The translations under genes were made by a program, and so were the position numbers. A DNA stretch of 63,559 nt, filler included, from Babesia bigemina (lineage: Eukaryota): NCBI RefSeq assembly GCF_000981445.1. It is 9 parts of 9 records of this genome, joined end to end, with 100 filler letters (N's around TTAATTAATTAA, not from the genome) between each part and the next. Parts side by side here need not be neighbours in the genome. Positions count along the whole stretch, not along the records: positions 50,260 to 56,214 come from NW_012237020.1; positions 56,315 to 61,411 come from NW_012237021.1; positions 61,512 to 63,559 come from NW_012237025.1; 6 more parts are not named here. The stretch is one strand, 5' to 3'. The notes under the pieces are model-generated. The model was not told the origin of the DNA, did not search any database, and was given only the letters and a program-made list of their open reading frames with translations. Positions 53,510-63,559 of this stretch are shown in pieces; the first letter of the stretch is position 1; every line of letters starts with the position of its first letter.

Positions 53510-56030
53510 TTACGGTTGCAGGTACGATATCTTGGCAAGCCTTCCGACTTGCGCTGCAGCCAACAATGATTGCGCTGTAATCTTGTGCGACGACGGTATC
53601 CTCAGGTGTGAGCGTATGTGGAGCACATCCAGCCTGCCAACCATTACGCAGATGAGGTAGAAGAGGGATAGCGACCAGAGCGCCACGGTCATCCACAAGA
53701 AAGGTGCGCGGATGGTGAACATGAAATTATCAATGGCTTTGAAGAACTGCACAAGATGTGAGTCCTTCTCAAATGCCTCTTTAAATACATCACAGAAATC
53801 TCTGCACGTGCGTTTCTTTTGCGATCGTTCACTTCCGTTCAGCCTTTCCGGATCGCCGAGAACGAAGCCGTATTTCGCCAATGTTGGCATCGTGTTATTG
53901 CAGCTTACAATGGATTTGCATTTGCGATCGTGATATCGTGGCGGATCATGTTTGGATGTAGTTCTGCACTCCTTGATGCACGCTTTTCCATGGCAATTCG
54001 ATCCCCTGGAACCGCATTTGGAATTGCACTCGTCATACAATTTCTTCAGCAGATCGTAGAACGTCGCGGTCAGGTAAACGATCCACGACAAATACTTATC
54101 GGCGTGTTTTGATGAGAACGTCTCGTAGATGGCGTGACCGATGGGACGCAAAAAAGGACCGCATACGACGGCTTCCCTTGATAAGCATACGAGACTGCCC
54201 AGGCTACCATCGGAGTGGCCCTTCTTCAATGCTGAGTGACTAGGGGTAAATAAGTGGTATACGTTTAACCCAGTATACTGACGTCCGAAATTGGCAGCTT
54301 TAACTTGTTCCGTAAATGCCTGTTGTTTATGCTGTTGACCATGCATACCCCAGCGATCGGTGAGGTGATAGTAGAAGCTGAACATGTCCGCCAGCGTTTT
54401 CGGCGCACTGGGTAGCAGGCAGTTCAAGTAACTGCACAGTTTAGTAAGAGGAGATTTTGCACTCCCACAGAAATTGTAAAGCACCTCGCGTATATCCTGG
54501 CCCATCATCGTATGCGACGCGGTGGCACCGATATCAGCGAAGCCCATTGGCGTCCTGCACGGCATACCAGGTGTACTACCACACGTGCCACATGACAGAC
54601 TCGATCCCCTAGCCGTAACCGAATGCGGCAGGTGGCCCTTCAAACCGTCCTCCAAGAACGATTGCAGTGGCGACTTGACGCCGCAGTTGGGATACTGCCC
54701 ACCCCGTTTGGTCACCACTTTGGTCGTGCCTTTGGTCGCAGTCTTGCTTAGGGCACTGCTTTGTGTTGCACTGCCAGCCTGACCCACCGATGTACCTGCC
54801 GTAGTGACAGTCCTTCCAGCCGCTGAGCTGAGTTGTAAGTTGACACTGCTGCAGCAGGAAGTACAGCTGGTGGTAGAGGCGCTTGAGCAGGTCGAACAAC
54901 GTGCACAGCAGCTGAATCATATTGGTAGGGTAATCTAATTTTAGCGAGTTGCTAGAGAACTCACACGCGTAAATTCCGTCCTTGTGACCGTGACCTAGGA
55001 TAGCGGTGAGGACGGCGTGGGAGTTGGCAGACACATAGTAGAGCTCCGCTTCTACGTCACCGTATTTGATTGGATATGGGTGCGCTTCGAAGGGCTGCAG
55101 CTTCTTCTCACCCGGCCTTTCCTTGTCCTCCTTCATGAACTCAGACCTAACTTGCGCCTTGAGCTTCTCGTATACGGGGTTGAACTGCAGGCCGTTGCAC
55201 CAGACGAGAATTTCGTAAACGGAGCATGGAGCCCGGGGTTTGTCAATACGGGTAAGGTGGCAGACTTTGAAGTACGTCTGCAGGAAATCATAGAGTTTTT
55301 GGATGAGACCACACTCCTCCGCGATGGTTACACCTAGCTCGTCCGACCCGGATGTCGATTGAGGGATGCCGGTGACGGGAGATGACCGTTGACTGAACAG
55401 TTCATGTGGATTGGTTAGGTGTTTGAGAATGCTGCTACCATTGAAGTCTTGTCTGTGATTCAGTTCGCCATGCTCAGCGTTCTCAGGACGATGGACGTCA
55501 TACCCGTTGTCGCGGAAGAAGAGAGCGTGGAGGCTGGAGGTGGGTGTTTGGGCGTCATAGATTTTATGGGTGGTCCAACCATCAATATCAAGGTGATCTT
55601 TGAAGGCGGTCAATTCTTGATATAAGATGGGCGTGATGGTCCAACAGATTTTGGCGTAGTGTCCTAGTTCCTCCTCTTGCAATTGTCTCCCGGAGTAACT
55701 GCTCACGTATGCCTTCTTGAGCTCCTCGACGAGAGGGGTGAAGCCTGCTTTCAGAGCATTGAGGAGTAAGGGGCACTTAGCATCGCCGTAGGTAGCGGGC
55801 TTGAAGGCAGTGACTGCATTATCAAGGGCGTCTAGATTGATACTGAATGTGTGGTCGAAGTGATGTGAATCGACAAGGTCTCCAAACAACTTAGCTAGCG
55901 CCTCGCGCGTTGGCTGAATTTTCTCAAAGTCCGTCGTGAAGTCCTGCTGTTTATGCAAATCATGCAGAAATCTGTTGACGCTGCCGAAGAATTAGGCAGC
56001 AGCCTGGCTTAGCCGGGACTCCTTCCCCGG
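53510..56030 (-). pseudogene. ves1: VESA1-like 3' half, type B tail, with a frameshift (~54702-54705) and an in-frame TAA (55992-55994); may be sequencing errors
   Basis: ORFs 54609-55958 and 53510-54787 join into one ves frame if one base of the C4 run is removed. Confidence 0.75.
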
Positions 56031-56339
56031 TGTGAACCTCCGGGTTCCTGTCCCTTGGTCCGCGATGAGTTAAATGGTCAGTAATGAACTCCCTTTCGAA
56101 TGTTGTCCTGAAGCCTGGAACCCAAGGGTTAAGTCACGTGCACTGTCTCTCGGCCAAGGTTCGAGTTCCTTGTCGCCCTACGCGTGTATCCCGGCTGCAG
56201 GCGATCTCTGATCGNNNNNNNNNNNNNNNNNNNNNNNNNNNNNNNNNNNNNNNNNNNNTTAATTAATTAANNNNNNNNNNNNNNNNNNNNNNNNNNNNNN
56301 NNNNNNNNNNNNNNCGAGAATCAGCTTGATTCGTTCCTC

Positions 56340-56719
56340 CTCACTTACACGGGTTCACGCCGCCGGAGGTGGGATCGCAGCCGAAGCTCACGTGCTCTGA
56401 TATCATTTCTAAGCTGAAGGAAATTGTCAACGGTGGGCCTATCGCATCACTCATGACCGCCATGGACAATTTCCTCTACGGCATCCGGGAGCCATTCATC
56501 TTCACACTCGTGGCACTGTGGTCTCTCGCATTCCTCATCTTCGCCAACACGATGGTATACCGCCTGGACATACTCCACATCCGATCACACCTTATCCGCA
56601 CCAAGGCGTCTCACCGTCTCGACGTCAAGGCCTTACTCACGAAAGGCCGGAAGATGCTCTCACTTTACAAGGACGTCGACTATTTCGACGAGGACCCCAT
56701 TGGTCAACTTGTTCTTTAA
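56340..56719 (+). CDS. ves1: C-terminus of a different ves subfamily (third tail type)
   Basis: TM followed by YRLDILHIRSHLIRTKASHRLDVKALL..SLYKDVDYFDED; 5' cut by gap. Confidence 0.8.
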
Positions 56720-57449
56720 TAATCATTACCTCATTCATCTAGTCATTACTTGCCGTGTGATGGATCGCACTACAGCACTAGTGGTTAGTTGTTACTGCGA
56801 CCTTTACGGCACCGTGGTGAGAGAAAAGCGTGACTGCTTCCAGGCACAACTATGCACATGTAGCCCAATTAAGAGACAACTGAATCAGGTAAGCTGAGTT
56901 GTGAGTTACCTGTGAGAGATGTCTACGGCATCTCACCTGGCCAGTGCTGTAAAACTGGGTGATTGATCATCAACGCAGGCAATTGGCGATGGCCATAGTA
57001 GGTGAGTTGCTATGTTGTTGCCGAGCTAGTAGTTGTAGTGTAGGCAATGTGAGTCTTTAGGCAATGGAAGCTGCTGCGTCTTTTATGTGATGGACAGTGG
57101 ACAGCGTGGCTGCGTTGCATGGATCGTAACGGCGAACATGAGGAACGTATTAACCAATAAATGTGCCTCACATAGGCACTCATGTCACAAATGTGATGAT
57201 ATTCATAAGCGGCGGCAGCAACTTTATACGGTCTGTGATGGATGCAGTTGGCTGCCCATCTGGCACTGGTTAACCTGCATGCCACGGCCTGGATGGTATC
57301 AACATGCTTTAGCTTGGTTGTACTTCAGTTGTAATAGCTGCATAGTTGTGATGTGAGTGGCGGTGCACTGTATGGCCATCATCTTGCTGCTACCGTAGCG
57401 CCGATGGGAGACGGTCAGTGCCCTTGCTGCGGTGCGTGTTGATGAGTGG

Positions 57450-58723
57450 TTGGTGAGTGCGTTGCTTAGGTGATTGACATGTTTGCAGGTTGAGGGGAGT
57501 GGGAGCGGCAGTGGTAGTGTTGCAGTTGGTGACTTCGTTGCTTAAGTGATTGATAGTTTGCAGGTTGAGGGGACTGGGAGCGGCAGTGGTAGTGTTGCAG
57601 TTGGTGACTTCGTTGCTTAAGTGATTGATAGTTTGCAGGTTGAGGGGACTGGGAGCGGCAGTGGTAGTGTTGCAGTTGGTGAGTGCGTTGCTTAGGTGAT
57701 TGACATGTTTGCAGGTTGAGGGGACTGGGAGCGGCAGTGGTAGTGTTGCAGTTGGTGACTTCGTTGCTTAAGTGATTGATAGTTTGCAGGTTGAGGGGAC
57801 TGGGAGCGGCAGTGGTAGTGTTGCAGTTGGTGAGTGCGTTGCTTAGGTGATTGACATGTTTGCAGGTTGAGGGGAGTGGGAGCGGCAGTGGTAGTGTTGC
57901 AGTTGGTGACTTCGTTGCTTAAGTGATTGATAGTTTGCAGGTTGAGGGGACTGGGAGCGGCAGTGGTAGTGTTGCAGTTGGTGACTTCGTTGCTTAAGTG
58001 ATTGATAGTTTGCAGGTTGAGGGGACTGGGAGCGGCAGTGGTAGTGTTGCAGTTGGTGAGTGCGTTGCTTAGGTGATTGATATGTTTGCAGGTTGAGGGG
58101 ACTGGGAGGCCGTGGTACGTGTTGCAGTTGGTGAGTGCGTTGTTAGGTGATTGATATGTTTGCAGGCTGAGTGTACTGGGAGCGGCAGTTGTACGTGTCG
58201 CAGTTGGTGAGTGCTTGCTTAAGTGATTGACATGTCTGCAGGTTGAGGGGACTGGGAGCGGCAGTGTACGTGTTGCAGTTGGTGAGTGCGTTGGTTAAGT
58301 GATTGATATGTTCGCAGGTTGAGGGGACTGGGAGCGGCAGTGGTAGGTGTTGCAGTTGGTGAGTGCGTTGCTTAGGTGATTGATATGTTTGCAGGTTGAG
58401 GGGACTGGGAGGCCGTGGTACGTGTTGCAGTTGGTGAGTGCGTTGTTAGGTGATTGATATGTTTGCAGGCTGAGTGTACTGGGAGCGGCAGTTGTACGTG
58501 TCGCAGTTGGTGAGTGCTTGCTTAAGTGATTGACATGTCTGCAGGTTGAGGGGAGTGGGCGCGTCAGTGGTACGTGTTGCAGTTGGTGAGTGCTTGCTTA
58601 GGTGATTGATATGTTCGCAGGTTGAGGTGACTGGGCGCGGCAGTGGTACGTGTTGCAGTTGGTGAGTGTTTGCTTGAGTGATTGATATGTCTGCAGGTTG
58701 AGGGGACTGGGAGCGGGGGGAAG
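57450..58723. repeat. ~76-bp tandem repeat (sense orientation on +)
   Basis: GTGAGT..TTGCAG GTTGAGGGG..TTGCAG TTG units. Confidence 0.95.
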
Positions 58724-59227
58724 ATGACGGGGATGAGTAATTGGGATTTCCCCTGTAAGTGCAACAACAAATGTCAAAAACCTAACTGTAAGTGTTGTCC
58801 CTATTGTTGCACAGGATGTAGCATATCAAGGTGTTTTCGATGTTTTAATTTGTCTTTTTTGCGCAAGAGTGGATTTCCGTGCTACTCTCCGGCATGTGTT
58901 GGTTGTAACACTGACAGTTGTCCATGTGACTGTTGTGAAAAACTACGCCCTCCCCTCTATTATCATAGAGCTACCGGTCAATGGTCTACGTCCCTTACCC
59001 CCGATTCCCACCTTTCTTCTAGTCTACAGCGTGTCTCCTCTTCTACTACCGTAACACGTTCCTCCAGCGGATCCAGTTCTGCTCACACCACGAATCCCTC
59101 CAAGTCTTCCAACCTCACCGTACCAATCATCATCGCCGCCGTCGCCCTCATCATCATCGTCATCTGCGCCATGATTTACTTCCGCATCCGGCCGTTCCAC
59201 AGGGTGCGGTACCTACTGCGCAGCTAA
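58724..59227 (+). CDS. Small Cys-rich single-TM protein (167 aa)
   Basis: ATG after GGGGAAG; CKCNNKCQKPNCKCCPYCC motif, Ser/Thr stalk, TM IIIAAVALIIIVICAMIYF, basic tail. Confidence 0.78.
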   Translation: MTGMSNWDFPCKCNNKCQKPNCKCCPYCCTGCSISRCFRCFNLSFLRKSGFPCYSPACVGCNTDSCPCDCCEKLRPPLYYHRATGQWSTSLTPDSHLSSSLQRVSSSTTVTRSSSGSSSAHTTNPSKSSNLTVPIIIAAVALIIIVICAMIYFRIRPFHRVRYLLRS

Positions 59228-59273
59228 TCACAAAAACCTAACTGCCAACTGACATCTAATGTCATAGACAGTA

Positions 59274-59435
59274 ATGATTGCGTTGATGATCAATTACATG
59301 GGCAGTGAGATGGCTACTTCCTTCCCTCCCTACTCCGCCATCGTCCCCGTCGCCCTTATCATCGTCGTCATCTGCGTCATGATCTACTTCCGCATCCGGC
59401 CGTTCCACAGGGTGCGGTATCTACTGCGCAGCTAA
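59274..59435 (+). pseudogene. Duplicated TM/tail module of the small gene (53-codon frame)
   Basis: ..PPYSAIVPVALIIVVICVMIYFRIRPFHRVRYLLRS*, followed by a second copy of the 3' flank. Confidence 0.6.
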
Positions 59436-59530
59436 TAACAATAACCCAACTGGCAAGTGACATCTAATGTTCTAGACAGTAATGATTGCATTGATGACAA
59501 ATCACATGAGCAGTGAGGTGACTACTCCAC

Positions 59531-60092
59531 CTGACCAATGTGTTGACCAAAGTGCTGACCAATGCCATGACCAACGTGCTGACCAACGTGCTGACCAACG
59601 TGCTGACCAAAACGCTGACCAATGTGTTGACCAATGTGTTGACCAAAGTGCTGACCAATGCCATGACCAACGTGCTGACCAACGTGCTGACCAAGGTGCT
59701 GACCAAAGCGCTGACCAATGCCATGACCAATGTGCTGACCAATCACCTGACGAAAGTGATGACCAAGCACCTGACCAACACCATGACCAAGGTGCTGACC
59801 AAAGTGGTGACTAATGTGCTGACCAAAGTGGTGACTAATGTGCTGACCTAGTGGCTGACCAAGGTGCTGACCAATGCCATGACCAAAGTGCTGACCAATG
59901 TGCTGACCTATGTGCTGACCAAAGTGTTGACCAAGGTGCTGACCAAAGCCATGACCAAGGTGCTGACCAATGCCATGACCAAAGTGCTGACCAATGTGCT
60001 GACCAATGCCATGACCAATGCCATGACCAAAGTGGTGACCAAGGTGCTGACCAAGGTGCTGACCAAGGTGCTGACCAAGCACCTGACCAAGT
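59531..60092. repeat. 12-bp minisatellite
   Basis: Seen directly. Confidence 0.95.
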
Positions 60093-60098
60093 TGATGG

Positions 60099-60760
60099 AC
60101 ACGGCAGCGATGATATGGTTACGGCAGCGATGACATGGTTACGGCAGCGATGACTGGTCACGGCAGCGATGACATGGTTACGGCAGCGATGACATGGTTA
60201 TGGCAGCGATGACATGGTCACGGCAGCGGTGACATGGTCACGGCAGCGATGACATTGCCACGGCAGCGATGACATGGTCACGGCAGCGATGACATTGCCA
60301 CGGCAGCGATGACATTGCCACGGCAGCGATGACATGGTTACGGCAGCGATGACATGGTTACGGCAGCGATGACATGGTTATGGCAGCGATGACATGGTCA
60401 CGGCAGCGATGACATTGCCACGGCAGCGATGACATGGTCACGGCAGCGATGACATGGTCACGGCAGCGATGTCATGGTCACGGCAGCGATGTCATGGTCA
60501 CGGCAGCGATGTCATGGTCACGGCAGCGATGTCATGGTCACGGCAGCGATGACATGGTCACGGCAGCGATGACATGGTAACGGCAGCGATGACATGGTAA
60601 CGGCAGCGATGACAGTGATGGGTCACGGCAGCGATGAGATGGCCACGGCAGCGATGACATGGTCACGGCAGCGATGACATGGTAACGGCAGCGATGACAT
60701 GGACACGGCAGCGATGACATGGCTACGGCAGCGATGACATGGTTACGGCAGCGATGACAG
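60099..60760. repeat. 20-bp minisatellite
   Basis: Seen directly. Confidence 0.95.
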
Positions 60761-60784
60761 TGGTGACCTAAGTGGTGATTATCA

Positions 60785-61375
60785 TCCACTCTACATCGCC
60801 CCTTTATCCACTCCACATCGCTCCTTTATCCACTCTACATCGCTCCTTTACCCACTCTACATCGCTCCCTAACCCACTCTACATCGCTCCTCTATCCACT
60901 CTACATCGCTCCCTAACCCACTCTGCATCGCTCCTTTACCCACTCTACATCGCTCCCTAACCCACTCTACATCGCCCCTTATCCACTCTACATCGCCCCT
61001 TTATCCACTCCACATCGCTCCTTAACCCACTCTACATCGCTCCTTTATCCACTGTACATCGCCCCTTTATCCACTCTACGTCGCCCCTTTGTCCACTGTA
61101 CATCGCCCCTTTATCCACTCTACGTCGCCCCTTTGTCCACTCTACATCGCCCCTTTATCCACTCCACATCGCTCCTTAACCCACTCTTCACCGCCCCTTT
61201 ATCCACTCTACATCGCCCCTCTATCCACTCTACATCGCTCCCTAATCCACTCTACATCGCCCCTTTATCCACTCTACATCGCCCCTTTATCCACTCTACA
61301 TCGCCCTTTTACCCACTCTACATCGACCCTTTACCCACTTTTCATCGCCACTTAACCCACTCTACATCGCCCCTA
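60785..61375. repeat. ~22-bp minisatellite
   Basis: Seen directly. Confidence 0.95.
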
Positions 61376-61511
61376 TCTTCACTCGATCTCCAAAGAGAGC
61401 GGGGACGCCCCNNNNNNNNNNNNNNNNNNNNNNNNNNNNNNNNNNNNNNNNNNNNTTAATTAATTAANNNNNNNNNNNNNNNNNNNNNNNNNNNNNNNNN
61501 NNNNNNNNNNN

Positions 61512-62300
61512 AGATCAGAGATCGTCTACTGACTTCATACCCCTCCACCACTCCTTCACCGCGGCGACAGCATCCACAAGCCCAGTACGCCCGGTGCCAA
61601 TATTCTTATTTACCTCTTTTAGTACTTCACTAAGCTTTTTATCCATGTAATTATCGTACGTTTTAACCGCTTCATCATCTTTCACCGCACCAAGCACACC
61701 ACTCAAAAATCCCATCACCCCGTCACACAGCCTATCAAGGTCGGAGTACACTATCCCAGTGCCATTGTAGCCTTTGGAAGCGGAGTTGAAGCCTAGGAAG
61801 GTTTCGAGGCCAGTGCAAAGATTCTCTAAGAGATTTTTAGGATCATTTTGTTGATTATTAGAATTCTCATAAAATCCACAAAGCTTCTCCACTTTCTTCA
61901 AAGCCTCCAACTTGGAGTGCAATTTGGCTGAGTCAGCAGAGGGAGAGGGGGAAGGAAGAGAGTGATTAAGAGGGTTATTAAGGCTATCAATTAGTCTTTT
62001 AGTTTCAGTGATTTGACTAGTTATTTCATTCGTAAGCATTTTAATTTCACCGGTGTCACCAGCCTGGTCACCAGACCTGACAGACTCAGAAAGGTTAGTA
62101 ACATGAGAAGAGTAAAGCTTTTTAAGCTCTTCATTACTGTTAATTACAACGATAATAGCATTCTCAACGGCTTTCTTAACACTCTCACTCTCACCAACAA
62201 AAGCGCCAAGCTGTCCAGCCAGGTGACCAAGGCTAATGAGCATGGAGTCAATGTCCTTCAAGGCTCTTCTAGTAGCATCGTCAGTGAGAGAATGGTCAGT
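61512..62300 (-). CDS. ves1: VESA1-like 5' fragment (3' cut by gap), same N-terminal type as 528-6101
   Basis: DDATRRALKDIDSMLISLGHLAGQLG and GIVYSDLDRLCDGVMGFL; both leader ATGs out of frame. Confidence 0.82.
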
Positions 62301-62504
62301 ATCAACAAGTTATTATAAAGGTTTATGGAGGTCATAGCGTTAATAAAACGAGCAAATTCGGAGGATTTGGAGATAGGGTGAACATGATGGGACATGGTCA
62401 GGGCAGTGGCAAGAGGTGGAAGAGGGAAGAGAAGGGTGACAACGGACAAGTTATTATTGTGGTTTATAGAGGTCATAGCGTTAATATGGCGAGGTAATTC
62501 GGGG

Positions 62505-63548
62505 GATGTGGAGTGGGTTAGGGAGCGATGTAGAGTGGGTTAAGGGGCGATGTAGAGTGGGTAAGGGGCGATGTGAGTGGATAAAGGGGCGATGTAGAGT
62601 GGGTTAGGGAGCGATGTAGAGTGGGTTAGGGAGCGATGTAGAGTGGGTAAAGGGGCGATGTAAAGTGGGTTAGGGGCGATGTAAAGTGGGTTAAGGGGCG
62701 ATGTAGAGTGGATAAAGGGGCGATGTGGAGTGGGTTAGGGAGCGATGTAGAGTGGATAAAGGGGCGATGAAGAGTGGGTTAAGGGGCGATGTAGAGTGGG
62801 TTAAGGGGCGATTAGAGAGGGTTAAGGGGCGATGTAGAGTGGACAAAGGGGCGACGTAGAGTGGATAAGGAGCGATGTAAGGTGGATTAGGGAGCGATGT
62901 AGAGTGGGTTAGGGAGCGATGTAGAGTGGGTTAGGGAGCGATGTAGAGTGGATAAGGAGCGATGTAGAGTGGGTTAAGGAGCGATGTAGAGCGGGTTAAG
63001 GGGCGATGTAGAGTGGATTAAGGAGCGATGTAGAGTGGGTTAGGGAGCGATGTAGTGTGGATAAAGGGGCGATGTAGTGTGGATAAAGGGGCGATGTACA
63101 GTGGGTTAGGGAGCGATGTAGAGTGGGTTAGGGAGCGATGCAGAGTGGATAAAGGGGCGATGTAGAGTGGGTTAGGGAGCGATGTAGAGTGGATAGAGGA
63201 GCGATGTAGAGTGGGTTAGGGAGCGATGTAGAGTGGATAAAGGAGCGATGTAGAGTGGATAAAGGGGCGATGTAGAGTGGATAAAGGGGCGATGTAAGGT
63301 GGGTTAGGGAGCGATGTAGAGTGGATGAAGGGCCGATGTAGAGTGGGTTAAGGGGCGATGTAGAGTGGATAAAGGGGCGATGTAGAGTGGATTAAGGGGC
63401 GATGTAGAGTGGATTAAGGGGCGATGTGGAGTGGGTAAAGGGGCGATGTAGAGTGGGTTAAGGGGCGATGTAGAGTGGGTTAGGGAGCGATGTAGAGTGG
63501 ATTAAGGGGCGATGTAGAGTGGGTTAGGGAGCGATGTAGAGTGGATGA
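62505..63548. repeat. ~22-bp minisatellite
   Basis: Seen directly; ends at the conserved 20/22 junction sequence. Confidence 0.95.
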
Positions 63549-63559
63549 TAATCACTACT

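Noticed and set aside
54700..54710. Programmed frameshift or phase variation in ves
   Set aside because: A single extra base in a 4-nt homopolymer in a draft assembly is more simply an error or ordinary decay

Overview
Eukaryotic piroplasm DNA, most consistent with the Babesia bigemina/B. ovata group; this call comes from recognising ves-family motifs, not from a search. The window is nine contigs joined by eight artificial 100-nt N-TTAATTAATTAA-N linkers, so adjacency across gaps is not biological. It holds four long (~1800-2000 aa) ves/VESA-like antigen frames, several partial ones, a ves-like N-terminal stub, a spliced hypothetical gene pair, and one chromosome end (22-bp/60-bp satellite plus T-rich AGGG telomere). 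The main signal is a repeated, co-oriented cassette grammar: 12-bp array > 20-bp array > 22-bp array > conserved leader > ves frame (apparently 5'-truncated, usually not in frame with the leader ATG) > type-specific 3' flank > 24-bp array > conserved ~500-bp element > ~76-bp intron-shaped array > small Cys-rich single-TM gene > conserved 3' flank > 12-bp array. Not every module has every part. This looks like a repeat-delimited antigen archive with an associated small-protein family that I do not recognise. Function is inferred, not shown.
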